From IMG/VR virus record IMGVR_UViG_3300037963_003542: 64,000 nt of DNA; one strand, written 5' to 3'. The position numbers and the translations under genes were made by a program. Under the pieces are notes generated by a model. That model ran no database searches, was not told the DNA's origin, and saw only the letters and a list, made by a program, of their open reading frames with translations. Of this stretch, positions 46,490-56,437 are shown piece by piece (the first letter of the stretch is position 1; the number at the start of each line of letters is the position of its first letter). The DNA is from a virus.

Positions 46490-47961
46490 TGTCAGACATT
46501 ATCATTAGAAAGAAGAACGAAGTATACCTGCTAATTGATTGCGAACCACATATTAAATATGAACTCTCAGAGTATTTCACCTTTGAAGTACCCGATGCAA
46601 AGTTCATGCCACAATACAAGAAAAAGTATTGGGACGGTAAAATCAGATTGTTCTCCCCTGCTAATGGTGAACTGTATATCGGTCTGCTGCACTATCTGAT
46701 TGAGTGGGCAGAGGAACGAGACTATACTTATTCCTATGAAGACAATGAGTTCTATGGCAAGGTTGTAGAGAAAGATCCTTACATTTTGCCAGCGACTGTA
46801 AAAGAATATCTGGACTACCTTACAGAAGGTACTCAGATTAAACCTAGAGACTATCAGTATAACGCAGTATATAAAGCACTGAAGAACTATAGAAAGATTA
46901 TCTTGTCACCTACAGGGTCTGGCAAATCTTTCATGATCTATTCTCTGGTCAGATACTTCACTGCTGCACAACTTAAGACACTGATTATTGTTCCTAGTAT
47001 CTCACTGGTGACACAGTTGTTTAAGGACTTCCAAGACTATGGTTGGAACGCAGAAGACTATTGCCACCAGATCTATCAAGGTGAAGCGAAAGTTTCTGAT
47101 GCTCCTGTAGTCATCACGACATGGCAGTCAATCTACAAACTGCCCAAAAAGTATTTTGATTCTTACACTGCGGTGATCGGAGACGAGTGCCATACGTTTA
47201 AGGCAAAGTCTTTGACAAGTATTATGACGAAACTCCATGAAGCAAAATATCGCATCGGATTTACAGGTACACTGGACGGAACGAAAACTCACCGTCTGGT
47301 TCTTGAAGGTTTGTTCGGATTATCTGATAGGGTTACTAGTACTGCTGACCTTATGAAGCGTGATCAACTCACGCAACTGAAAATTAAGATCCTGGCACTC
47401 AAGCATGAATCGTATAAGTTTGCGAACTATCAAGATGAGATGGAATACATTGTCACTCATGGTAAGCGTAACACATTCATCAAAAATCTAGTAAGTGATC
47501 TGAAAGGAAATACTCTGGTGCTATTCAACTATGTGGAGAAGCACGGCGAACCCCTTTTTGATTTGATAAATAACAGCATAGGGGATACTAAAAAAGTATT
47601 CTTCGTTCATGGTGGTGTGGAAGCATCTGAACGAGAGGAAATTAGAAGACTAGCAGAAGTAAATGATAACTGTGTTATCATCGCATCATACGGAACCTTT
47701 TCCACAGGTATTAACATTAAGAATCTCCACAATATTATTTTTGCTTCACCAAGCAAATCAAGGATTAGGAATCTACAATCTATTGGTAGGGTCCTTAGAA
47801 AAGGAGATAACAAAGCTCAAGCAGTGCTGTATGACATTGCTGATGATTTTTCTAGAGGGAGTTATATTAACTATACACTCAATCATCTTAAAGAACGAAT
47901 CAAAGTCTATAACGAAGAGCAATTTAATTATGAAATTATCCCAGTAAACATTAAAAAATGA
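46489..47961 (+). CDS. uvsW: DNA/RNA helicase UvsW
   Basis: PRDYQ, SPTGSGKS, IGDECH, GFTGTL, LQSIGRVLR. Confidence 0.97.
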   Translation: MSDIIIRKKNEVYLLIDCEPHIKYELSEYFTFEVPDAKFMPQYKKKYWDGKIRLFSPANGELYIGLLHYLIEWAEERDYTYSYEDNEFYGKVVEKDPYILPATVKEYLDYLTEGTQIKPRDYQYNAVYKALKNYRKIILSPTGSGKSFMIYSLVRYFTAAQLKTLIIVPSISLVTQLFKDFQDYGWNAEDYCHQIYQGEAKVSDAPVVITTWQSIYKLPKKYFDSYTAVIGDECHTFKAKSLTSIMTKLHEAKYRIGFTGTLDGTKTHRLVLEGLFGLSDRVTSTADLMKRDQLTQLKIKILALKHESYKFANYQDEMEYIVTHGKRNTFIKNLVSDLKGNTLVLFNYVEKHGEPLFDLINNSIGDTKKVFFVHGGVEASEREEIRRLAEVNDNCVIIASYGTFSTGINIKNLHNIIFASPSKSRIRNLQSIGRVLRKGDNKAQAVLYDIADDFSRGSYINYTLNHLKERIKVYNEEQFNYEIIPVNIKK

Positions 47962-48365
47962 ACGATAAATTCTTCGCCACAATCAAGTTGATGACTGGAG
48001 AAGAAATTGTTGGACTAGTTGAAGTTCATGAAGAGGGTCTTGTAATACAGAACCCTCTCATATTGGAGGACATGAGTGACCTACAAGATTTATTAGGTGA
48101 CGATATTAAAGTATCAGGATTAAGATTATCTAAATGGATTAAATCAACTACGGACAACATTTTCTTTATAACAGATACAAAGATAGTAACAGTCAATGAA
48201 CTGTTAGAACCAGGATTAACTCATTACAAAAAAGCAGTTACACAAATCAACGAAACATTTAAGAAAAAAATTTCTAAAGCAGAAGACAAAAAAAAGTACA
48301 ACGGATACAGAGCATCAGTAGAACATGCTAGAGAATTCTTTGAAGATCTATTCAATAGTTATTGA
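47958..48365 (+). CDS. Sm-like hypothetical protein
   Basis: 135 aa; ATIKLMTGEEIVGLV...NP...KWI pattern shared with four other ORFs in this window. Confidence 0.7.
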   Translation: MNDKFFATIKLMTGEEIVGLVEVHEEGLVIQNPLILEDMSDLQDLLGDDIKVSGLRLSKWIKSTTDNIFFITDTKIVTVNELLEPGLTHYKKAVTQINETFKKKISKAEDKKKYNGYRASVEHAREFFEDLFNSY

Positions 48366-48367
48366 TG

Positions 48368-48402
48368 TACGCATCTGCGATGCGTATTGATCTGCGATCA
48401 AT
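48368..48402. repeat. Two abutting short inverted repeats with identical ATC-TGC-GAT cores
   Basis: TACGCATC-tgc-GATGCGTA (8 bp) and ATTGATC-tgc-GATCAAT (7 bp). Confidence 0.9.
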
Positions 48403-48459
48403 TACTATGTTATTATTAAATATATAAAGCTATTGTTTCTCTTGAACCCTTACAGAGTT

Positions 48460-48488
48460 ATTCTACACATGGAATCCACTCTTGTCAA
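48460..48488 (-). promoter_or_regulatory. Antisense sigma70-type promoter
   Basis: Minus strand TTGACA, 17 nt, TAGAAT, pointing away from gp55. Confidence 0.7.
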
Positions 48489-48509
48489 GCTTTTAATCTG
48501 TGTTATAAT
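48482..48509 (+). promoter_or_regulatory. sigma70-type promoter of the gp55-gp47-gp46 operon
   Basis: TTGTCA, 16 nt, extended -10 TGtTATAAT. Confidence 0.75.
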
Positions 48510-48542
48510 GTAAGTACAATAATCTAAGGAAGATGAAAGACA

Positions 48543-49019
48543 ATGAGATCCAAAAAGAAACCAGAACATTATGTAGACAATAAAGAGTTCTTAGCAGCAC
48601 TGTCCGAGTACAAAAGAAATGTGCAGGATGCCTTGGCAGAGGAAGCACCACGTCCTATGATTCCTAATTATATCGGTGAGTGCTTCTTGAAGATTGCTCA
48701 GCATCTGTCCTACCGTCCTAACTTCATCAACTATCCTTTCCGTGAGGACATGATCAGTGATGGTATTGAGAACTGTGTTCAGTACATTGACAACTTTGAT
48801 CCTGATCGTGGTAACCCATTTGCATACTTTACTCAAATTATTTACTATGCATTCTTGAGAAGAATCCAAAAAGAAAAGAAACAACTAGAAATTAAGAGCA
48901 AAATTCTTGAACGTTCTGGATACGATGAAGTCCTTTACGCTGATAAGAACGAACTGAACTTCTCCTCCTCCGACTATAACGGAATCAAACAGAACATTGA
49001 GCAGAAAACTAGAAAATGA
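48543..49019 (+). CDS. gp55: Late sigma factor gp55
   Basis: HYVDNKEF; YIGECFLKIA; RPNFINY; NPFAYFTQIIYYAFLRRI. Confidence 0.97.
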   Translation: MRSKKKPEHYVDNKEFLAALSEYKRNVQDALAEEAPRPMIPNYIGECFLKIAQHLSYRPNFINYPFREDMISDGIENCVQYIDNFDPDRGNPFAYFTQIIYYAFLRRIQKEKKQLEIKSKILERSGYDEVLYADKNELNFSSSDYNGIKQNIEQKTRK

Positions 49020-50062
49020 AAATTGCCCTGATTACTGACACACATTATGGATTCAAAAAAGGCAATCAAGATTATCATGATTATTTCCTGAAGTTCTATA
49101 ACGAAGTATTCTTTCCTACATTAAAGAAGAAAAAAATTAAGCACGTCATCCATCTGGGTGATGTGTTTGATATTCGTCGTAACATTGATTTTTGGAGCCT
49201 TGATTGGGCACGGAAGAACATCTTCAATCCTTTGCAGGACATGGGTGTTACAGTTGACATGATGGTCGGTAATCATGATTCATTTTATAAGAACACTCTG
49301 GAGATCAATTCTCTGGAGTGTTTGCTGCAGGAGTATGATAACCTCCGTGTCTACACTGGACCTTCAGAGGTTACTGTCGGTGGTCGTAAGATGGTTTATC
49401 TTCCTTGGATCTGCGATCAGAATGAAGAACAGACAGTAAACCTTCTGAAGAAAACAGATGCTGAGGTTGTTCTTGGGCACCTGGAGATGGAAGGATTCAA
49501 GACTAATCCTACCTATGTTGCTAATCATGGTAGGCAGACATCTGAGTTTTCTAAGTTTGAGTTGGTGATGTCAGGTCACTATCACACCAAGAGTAAGAAG
49601 GGTAACTTCCAATATCTTGGTAATCCATATCAGATGTACTGGAATGACTATGCTGACAAACGTGGATTCCATATCTGGGACACAGAGACTCTGAAGTTAG
49701 ACTGGATCAAGAATCCATACGAGATGTTCCAGAAGATCTTCTATGATGATACTAAGAATGAGTATTGCACTCTAGACTTTGATGACTACAAAGATACAGT
49801 TGTCAAACTAGTTGTGGAAAACAAAACAGACTACACTATGTTTGATTACATTGTCAATGGTCTGCAAGATGTTGTGCTAGATCTTAAAATTATTGAAGAC
49901 TTCTCTACTGAAGTTGATGACGATGATGACATAGAACTAGAACATGAAGACACATTGACCATCCTAGAGAAGTATGTTGACGAACTTAATACCAACCTAG
50001 ATAGTCATAAGTTAAAGGAGATCATGAAGTCTCTTTACGTTGAGGCACTGGAGGTGGTATAA
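49016..50062 (+). CDS. gp47: Recombination endonuclease subunit gp47 (Mre11-like)
   Basis: ITDTHYG, HLGDVFD, VGNHD, GHLE, SGHYH phosphoesterase motifs. Confidence 0.97.
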   Translation: MKIALITDTHYGFKKGNQDYHDYFLKFYNEVFFPTLKKKKIKHVIHLGDVFDIRRNIDFWSLDWARKNIFNPLQDMGVTVDMMVGNHDSFYKNTLEINSLECLLQEYDNLRVYTGPSEVTVGGRKMVYLPWICDQNEEQTVNLLKKTDAEVVLGHLEMEGFKTNPTYVANHGRQTSEFSKFELVMSGHYHTKSKKGNFQYLGNPYQMYWNDYADKRGFHIWDTETLKLDWIKNPYEMFQKIFYDDTKNEYCTLDFDDYKDTVVKLVVENKTDYTMFDYIVNGLQDVVLDLKIIEDFSTEVDDDDDIELEHEDTLTILEKYVDELNTNLDSHKLKEIMKSLYVEALEVV

Positions 50063-50328
50063 TGTTCATACTGTGCCTAGAGGGCAAGGAAAATGAAGGA
50101 GCGTATGCTATTCAAAATGGTAAAATGGAAAGAACTCTGCTACTATTTCTTGAGTTAGAGGATGCTGAACGATTTGCTGGACTCCTTGAGGCAGATGATT
50201 TTCCGCCAATGTCTACAGTTGAGGTTGATGCAGAAGCAATGATTGATATGTGCGAGAGCACAGGGTATAATTACACTATTGTAGAACCCGATGAACTAAT
50301 GATCCCACCATCACATGATTACACATGA
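50062..50328 (+). CDS. Conserved hypothetical protein between gp47 and gp46
   Basis: 88 aa, acidic; tight overlaps on both sides. Confidence 0.8.
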   Translation: MFILCLEGKENEGAYAIQNGKMERTLLLFLELEDAERFAGLLEADDFPPMSTVEVDAEAMIDMCESTGYNYTIVEPDELMIPPSHDYT

Positions 50329-52052
50329 TTATCTTTGAAACCATTCGTTATAAAAACTTTTTATCTAGCGGCAATAACTTCACAGAAATTAAACTTAATT
50401 CACACGGTAACAATGTAATCATTGGTAAGAATGGTGCAGGTAAGAGTACAATTTTAGATGCTCTTACCTTTGTTTTGTTCAACAAACCTTTCCGTAAGAT
50501 TAATAAACCTCAACTTGTCAACACTATCAATGGCAAAGATTGCTGTGTTGAAGTTGAGTTTTCTATTGGGAAAAAATCTTACAAGATTATCCGCAGCATG
50601 AAACCCAATAAGTTTGAGGTTTATGTTGATGGTGAGATGATGAATCAGGATGCTGCTGCAGCAGATCAGCAAAAGACCCTAGAGCAAACAATCCTCAAAC
50701 TGAACTATAAGTCATTCACACAGATTGTTGTTCTGGGATCTTCTACGTTTGTTCCGTTCATGCAGTTGCCTCTGGCATCACGTCGTGACATCATTGAAGA
50801 TCTCCTGGATATTCAGGTGTTCTCTACGATGAACTCTAATCTTAAAGACCGAATGAAGCAGGTCAATGATGACATTCGTTTCAAAGACAAAGATCTTGAG
50901 TTGGTAAAGCATCGCATTGAGTCGCAGGAAGATCTGATTAGAGAACTCGAAACACAGAGTGACAATCTTATTAAGCATAAGCATGATAAGATCAGCAAGT
51001 TGTTATCTCAAAGTGAGGATATTGCGACAGAGAATCACAAAATCACAAAGTATATTGAAACTAGAAAGAGTGATTTATTTGACGGTGATAAACTCTCTAA
51101 AAAGTATGATAGTTTAAAAGAGTTTAAGATAAAGTTTAAGACAAAACTTTCTAACTTAAATAAGGAACTCTTATTTTATACTAACAATGATACTTGTCCT
51201 ACATGTAAGCAAACACTAGACTCTGACTTTAAGCAAAGTAAGGTAGATAAAAATAAGAAATCTATCTCTGAAACAGAAAAGGCATGGGGTGTTCTTGACG
51301 AACAAATTAGTGATGTAAAGACGCAGATCAATGAGTATAAAGAAATCTCTAATGATATCAGAGATAATTATTCTGCCATTGATAAGAATAATGGAATCAT
51401 TAATCACATCAATCGTCAGGTTAAAGATCTTGAGAATGAGATCAGGTCTATTACTGATAGTAAGAACAACTCCAGTAAAGAGCAAGAACAGTTAGAGAGT
51501 TTGCAGGAACAGAAGGTAGCACATGAGCAGACTCTATTCCTACACAAGGAAACTAAGGATTACTTTAGTGTTGCTGCTAACCTGCTGAAGGACACTGGTA
51601 TTAAGACCAGGATCATCAAACGATACCTGCCAGTGATGAACAAACTCATCAACCAGTACCTACAGCAGATGGATTTCTTTGTGAACTTCACGCTCAGCGA
51701 GAGTTTTGAGGAAACCATTAAGTCTCGTTATAGGGATGATTTCAGTTACTCATCGTTCTCTGAGGGTGAGAAGTCTCGCATTGACATAGCTCTTATGCTA
51801 ACCTGGAGATCAGTTGCAAAACTGAAGAACAGCGTTGACACTAACCTTCTTATCCTTGACGAGATCTTTGACAGTTCACTTGACAGTACGGGCACTGATG
51901 AGTTATCATATATCTTGAGAAACTTTACCAACGACCTCAATCTGTTTATTATCTCGCACCGAGAGCACATGGTTGAAAAGTTTGACCGTGTTCTCAAATT
52001 TGATAAAGTGAAAAATTTTAGTAAAATGGAGGAATTGACCAATGGCGACTGA
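50325..52052 (+). CDS. gp46: Recombination ATPase subunit gp46 (Rad50-like)
   Basis: GKNGAGKST, CPTC hook, FSEGEKSRI, LLILDE, IISH. Confidence 0.98.
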   Translation: MIIFETIRYKNFLSSGNNFTEIKLNSHGNNVIIGKNGAGKSTILDALTFVLFNKPFRKINKPQLVNTINGKDCCVEVEFSIGKKSYKIIRSMKPNKFEVYVDGEMMNQDAAAADQQKTLEQTILKLNYKSFTQIVVLGSSTFVPFMQLPLASRRDIIEDLLDIQVFSTMNSNLKDRMKQVNDDIRFKDKDLELVKHRIESQEDLIRELETQSDNLIKHKHDKISKLLSQSEDIATENHKITKYIETRKSDLFDGDKLSKKYDSLKEFKIKFKTKLSNLNKELLFYTNNDTCPTCKQTLDSDFKQSKVDKNKKSISETEKAWGVLDEQISDVKTQINEYKEISNDIRDNYSAIDKNNGIINHINRQVKDLENEIRSITDSKNNSSKEQEQLESLQEQKVAHEQTLFLHKETKDYFSVAANLLKDTGIKTRIIKRYLPVMNKLINQYLQQMDFFVNFTLSESFEETIKSRYRDDFSYSSFSEGEKSRIDIALMLTWRSVAKLKNSVDTNLLILDEIFDSSLDSTGTDELSYILRNFTNDLNLFIISHREHMVEKFDRVLKFDKVKNFSKMEELTNGD

Positions 52053-52404
52053 GGGTAACGCAGACTTTGATCTAGACCTTTCAAGCATCCCGCAAATTAA
52101 TTTGGATGCATCTCACTTCTGGAAGTATGAAGAAGACATCGTACTGAAAGAAGTTCGTGAGTATCTGTCGGGAACATATCGTTCTCACTATACTTCTCAA
52201 GAGTCTAAGACCCAGACTCTTGATCTGATTGAAAGTATCGGTGATGCAGAAGCATTCTGCCGTTCTAATGCAATTAAATACCTTTCCCGATTCGGTAAGA
52301 AAGGTGGTAAGTCCAAGATGGACATTCTAAAAGCAATTCATTATTGCATTCTTCTTTGCCACTTCTCTGGCGTCCTCAACAGCACAAGTGATTATCCACA
52401 ATGA
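52042..52404 (+). CDS. Conserved hypothetical protein (DUF3310-like)
   Basis: 120 aa; YLSGTYRSHY...FCRSNAIKYLSRFGKKGG...DILKAIHY. Confidence 0.7.
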   Translation: MATEGNADFDLDLSSIPQINLDASHFWKYEEDIVLKEVREYLSGTYRSHYTSQESKTQTLDLIESIGDAEAFCRSNAIKYLSRFGKKGGKSKMDILKAIHYCILLCHFSGVLNSTSDYPQ

Positions 52405-53066
52405 GTATGAAACTGTCCAACGATACAATTGAAATTCTGAAGAACTTCTCTCAGATTAATCAGTCCATTGCTGTAGAGGCAGGACATAAATTGCGTACCT
52501 TCTCTATTGCAGAGAACATTCTCGCTGAGGCAAATGTTACGGAAGCATTTCCACAAGACTTTGCCATCTATGATTTGAGTGAGTTTCTTGGTAATATGTC
52601 TTTGATGGCGGGTGCTGACATGCAGTTCGGTGCTGACCATCATGTGAAGATTACTGACACACGTTCTTCCATGAAGTATTTCTTTGCAGACCCTAGTCTG
52701 ATTAAGAAAGCACCAGATGACAATCCCACACTTCCTTCTGAAGATGTTAGTTTTACTCTGACTGAAGAAGACCGTGCTCGTTTGATTCGTATGGCAGCAG
52801 TCAACAATCTCCCTGATCTTTCTGTTATTGGTGATGGTGAGATGATCTCTGTGGTTGTTCGTGATAAGGAGAACGACACTTCAAATACTTACTCTGTAAA
52901 TGTCGGTGTTACCGATGATGAGTTTGTACTCAACATGAAGGTTGAGAACCTAAAGATCTTCAAAGGAGATTATAAGGTCACTATGTCCAAGCGCCTGATT
53001 AGTTGCTTCCAGCATGAGAAGATGCCTCTGACCTACTGGATTGCACTTGAACCCGATTCTAACTGA
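52401..53066 (+). CDS. gp45: Sliding clamp gp45
   Basis: MKLSNDTIEILKNFSQINQSI; FAIYDLSEFL; YWIALEPDS. Confidence 0.96.
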   Translation: MSMKLSNDTIEILKNFSQINQSIAVEAGHKLRTFSIAENILAEANVTEAFPQDFAIYDLSEFLGNMSLMAGADMQFGADHHVKITDTRSSMKYFFADPSLIKKAPDDNPTLPSEDVSFTLTEEDRARLIRMAAVNNLPDLSVIGDGEMISVVVRDKENDTSNTYSVNVGVTDDEFVLNMKVENLKIFKGDYKVTMSKRLISCFQHEKMPLTYWIALEPDSN

Positions 53067-53080
53067 AACTTTTTTACATT

Positions 53081-54022
53081 ATGAATGACCAGTATCTGTG
53101 GGTGGAGAAATACCGCCCTCGTAAGATTGACGATTGTATTCTGCCTGACAGTATCAAACGTGATCTTAAGCAACAGGTTGCTGCTGGTGAGTTGAATAAC
53201 CTTCTGCTTGCTGGTCCTCCTGGTGTTGGTAAGACTACTGCCGCTAAGGCATTGTGTGAAGAACTAGGATTATCTTATATCATTATTAATGGATCCGATG
53301 AAGGACGATTTCTGGACACGGTACGCAACACAGCAAAAAACTTTGCGACGACCGTATCTCTTCAAGGCAGCAAGCACAAAGTCATCATCATTGATGAGGC
53401 AGATAACACAGGCAACGACGTACAACTCCTCCTACGGAGTTCTATTGAGGCATATCATAGCAACTGCCGATTCATCTTCACCTGTAATTACAAAAACAAA
53501 ATCATTGACCCCATCCAATCACGATGCTCAGTCATTGATTTCGCATTCAAAGGAAAAGAAAAGGCAGCTATTGCGGGGCAATTTTTCAACCGTGTCAGGT
53601 CTATACTTGAGAGTGAAAATGTTGCGTATGATCCTAAGGTTGTTGCAGAACTGATTCAGAATCACTTCCCTGACTGGCGTCGTGTGCTGAATCAACTTCA
53701 GAAGTATGGTAATACTGGTAACATTGATACTGGTATTCTCACAGAGATTAGTGATATCAATCTTAAAGGTCTTACTGATGCTCTGAAGAAGAAAGAGTTT
53801 GGTACTGTTCGTAAGTGGGTAGTATCAAATCTGGATAATGATTTCAACATGGTTATCCATCGCATCTACGAAGCAATGTATGATGTTCTTGTTCCCTCTA
53901 CTATCCCTATGGCAGTCCTGGTGATTGCTAAATACCAATATCAGGCGGCATTTGCTGCTGACCAGGAGATCAACCTTCTGGCATGTCTAACCGAAATTAT
54001 GATGGAGTGTCAATTCAAATGA
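53081..54022 (+). CDS. gp44: Clamp loader large subunit gp44
   Basis: LWVEKYRP, GPPGVGKTT, IIIDEAD, SRC, FPDWRR. Confidence 0.97.
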   Translation: MNDQYLWVEKYRPRKIDDCILPDSIKRDLKQQVAAGELNNLLLAGPPGVGKTTAAKALCEELGLSYIIINGSDEGRFLDTVRNTAKNFATTVSLQGSKHKVIIIDEADNTGNDVQLLLRSSIEAYHSNCRFIFTCNYKNKIIDPIQSRCSVIDFAFKGKEKAAIAGQFFNRVRSILESENVAYDPKVVAELIQNHFPDWRRVLNQLQKYGNTGNIDTGILTEISDINLKGLTDALKKKEFGTVRKWVVSNLDNDFNMVIHRIYEAMYDVLVPSTIPMAVLVIAKYQYQAAFAADQEINLLACLTEIMMECQFK

Positions 54023-54309
54023 ATGTAAAACTGATTCGTATGTCCTCTGGTGAGGATCTGATTACTGAAGTGGTAGGTAGCACTGACAGTACTATTACTG
54101 TAAAAAATGCTATCGTTGGTGTTCCATCGTCACAAGGAACTCTGACTTTTGTTGCGTGGTCTCCAATGCTCAGTAAGGATGTCAAAGAGATTGAAGTGCA
54201 ATCTAAGTTTGTTGTTTATGTAACTGATCCTGATGAGCAGATCATTGATCAATACAAGCAAATGTATTCGCCTATTGCTACCCCCGAGAAGAAAAAACTT
54301 ATTCTTTGA
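54019..54309 (+). CDS. Sm-like small protein
   Basis: 96 aa from the ATGA overlap at 54019; VKLIRMSSGEDLITEV...WSP...DP...Y. Confidence 0.75.
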   Translation: MNVKLIRMSSGEDLITEVVGSTDSTITVKNAIVGVPSSQGTLTFVAWSPMLSKDVKEIEVQSKFVVYVTDPDEQIIDQYKQMYSPIATPEKKKLIL

Positions 54310-54482
54310 TGCCAGTAAAGACTAATCCTCAGAACGTAAAGGAAGCACACGAAGCACTCTTCTATGCTTCCATGAATCTACCTACTGCAGCTGCTCATTG
54401 TGGTATGACAGTTAAACAATTGAAGTTAACCTTTTGGGAATACCTTAAATATCATGAACCAACCTTTGAACCAGAATGTTAG
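54309..54482 (+). CDS. Small hypothetical protein MPVKTNPQNVKEAHEALF...HEPTFEPEC (57 aa)
   Basis: Not in the ORF track (under 60 aa); TGATG stop/start overlap; fills the gap exactly. Confidence 0.75.
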   Translation: MPVKTNPQNVKEAHEALFYASMNLPTAAAHCGMTVKQLKLTFWEYLKYHEPTFEPEC

Positions 54483-55056
54483 ATCTTTCAATAACTATGA
54501 TTATTATCATGGTAAACTTCCAGTAGATGATTTAAAAAAAATCAAGGAACTATGTCAAGTATCAAATTCAGGTGAAAGAGCTAACTCTCATTTAGCTGGA
54601 TTTATTGAAAATGAATATGTGCTGAAAAAGGAATGCAGAGATTTAGTTCTGCCGCATATTTACAAAGGTGCTTGTTCTATGCTTGATAACCCATCAATGA
54701 GATGGAGGAATCTAAGTTCTTGGATAAATTATCAAAAAAAGTACGAAGTAAATCCTCTTCATAACCACACAGGAATGTTGAGTTATGTCATGTGGATTAA
54801 TATTCCATATGATCTTGATGATGAATTGAATCTCGATCACATTAAAAATTCTACCTTAAGGCAAGATGCAACTGCCTTTACGTTTGTGTATATGGATGTT
54901 CATGGTACACTTCGTCAACAACCCTTCCAATTAACTAAAGAAGATGAAGGTGATTTTATTATTTTTCCTGCACAAGTACATCACATGGTGATGCCATTCT
55001 ATACTTCTGATGGTTATAGAATATCTATTGCTGGAAATATTGCACCCCGAAATTGA
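54454..55056 (+). CDS. Putative 2OG-Fe(II) oxygenase
   Basis: 200 aa; WINYQ...NPLHNH...LSYVMWI...EGDFIIFPAQVHHMV.PF...RISIAGNI. Confidence 0.82.
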   Translation: MNQPLNQNVRSFNNYDYYHGKLPVDDLKKIKELCQVSNSGERANSHLAGFIENEYVLKKECRDLVLPHIYKGACSMLDNPSMRWRNLSSWINYQKKYEVNPLHNHTGMLSYVMWINIPYDLDDELNLDHIKNSTLRQDATAFTFVYMDVHGTLRQQPFQLTKEDEGDFIIFPAQVHHMVMPFYTSDGYRISIAGNIAPRN

Positions 55057-55877
55057 TTATGAAAGCATTGAAAACCCCCCTTCGTTATCCTGGTGGCAAG
55101 TCTCGCGCCACCAAGTATCTTCTCCCGAGATTTCCTGAGGAAATCAAAGAATATCGTGAGACATTTCTTGGTGGTGGTAGTGTTGCCATCGCATTTAGTA
55201 AAGCAAATCCAGATACTCCAGTTTGGGTTAATGATCTTTATGAACCTCTCTATAATTTCTGGAGAGTATTGCAAGATGATGGCGTTAAACTTCATCGCCG
55301 CTTGCAGGAACTTAAGTCTAGGTATCCTGATCAAGCATCTGCTAAAGGTTTATTTCTAGAAGCAAAGGAACTTGTAAATGACTATTCCATATCCAATCTA
55401 TCTCGCGCTTGTGCTTTTTACATTATTAACAAGTGCTCTTTTTCTGGTCTCACTGAGTCCAGCTCCTTCTCCAGACAGGCGTCTGATAACAATTTCTCGA
55501 TGTCTGGAATTGAGAAACTAAAAGGATATACTTACATCATTCGCAACTGGAAGATTACTAACTGGTCATATGAAGGACTTCTTACTGATGATAAGAGTAC
55601 TTTCATCTATCATGATCCTCCATATGACATTAAAGATAACCTCTATGGCAAGAAGGGAGATCTTCATAAGCGGTTTGATCATGATCAGTTTGCTCTTGAC
55701 TGCGACCGTTTCGTCGCTCGTCAAATGATCTCCTATAACTCCACTCAGATGGTCAAGGATCGCTTTAAAGATTGGTTGGCATGTACTTATGACCTCACTT
55801 ATACTATGCGCTCCACAGGCGATTACATGAACGAACAGAAGGACCGTGCTGAATTACTGCTGACTAATTATGAATGA
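55053..55877 (+). CDS. dam: DNA adenine methyltransferase (Dam/D12 class)
   Basis: LRYPGGKSR, FLGGGSV SAM motif, NDL, DPPY catalytic motif. Confidence 0.92.
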   Translation: MIMKALKTPLRYPGGKSRATKYLLPRFPEEIKEYRETFLGGGSVAIAFSKANPDTPVWVNDLYEPLYNFWRVLQDDGVKLHRRLQELKSRYPDQASAKGLFLEAKELVNDYSISNLSRACAFYIINKCSFSGLTESSSFSRQASDNNFSMSGIEKLKGYTYIIRNWKITNWSYEGLLTDDKSTFIYHDPPYDIKDNLYGKKGDLHKRFDHDQFALDCDRFVARQMISYNSTQMVKDRFKDWLACTYDLTYTMRSTGDYMNEQKDRAELLLTNYE

Positions 55878-56067
55878 AGATAACATCCCATATGTTGAAC
55901 TAGAACTTGACATTGAAGACTGTCGCCAGATTCTGACATCAGTAAAGTATCGTTTAGAGAACTGGCACTTTGAAGATGAAGATGAAAAGGCACAACTGAA
56001 TGCCTTGAATGATTTCTTCTACCGCGTTATCCTTGAGTACAACTTTAAAATTGATGGCAAAGACTGA
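55870..56067 (+). CDS. Small hypothetical protein (paralog of 36897..37082)
   Basis: 65 aa; ELDI...ENW...D..E.A.L.A..DFFYRVILE. Confidence 0.72.
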   Translation: MNEDNIPYVELELDIEDCRQILTSVKYRLENWHFEDEDEKAQLNALNDFFYRVILEYNFKIDGKD

Positions 56068-56437
56068 ACTGAAGCACTGGTTGAATTCTATCAATCATGA
56101 GAAACAAAATATCATGAGTGATGAGAATAAAAATCAGTATCCTCCTTACATTATAAACCGCTGTCTCTCTGGTTTTATAGATACTATCATGGTGGCGAAT
56201 GAAATGAATATCAATCACCATCTGTCTAAAAAACTACAATATGAATTTTTACTAAATATTGTCAGACCAAAACGGAGATTCTCTCCGTGGTTGAAGAAAG
56301 AAAAGATTGATGATCTGGACGCGGTGAAATCTTACTATGGATATAGTAACGAGAAAGCTAAGTCTGCTCTTAGTATTCTTTCTGATGCACAACTGAATTC
56401 TATTAAACAAAAATTGACTAAAGGCGGTAAACAATGA
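56054..56437 (+). CDS. gp62: Clamp loader small subunit gp62
   Basis: From MAKTELKHWLNSIN; YPPYIINRCLS; RPKRRFSPWLKK; YYGYSNEKA. Confidence 0.94.
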   Translation: MAKTELKHWLNSINHEKQNIMSDENKNQYPPYIINRCLSGFIDTIMVANEMNINHHLSKKLQYEFLLNIVRPKRRFSPWLKKEKIDDLDAVKSYYGYSNEKAKSALSILSDAQLNSIKQKLTKGGKQ

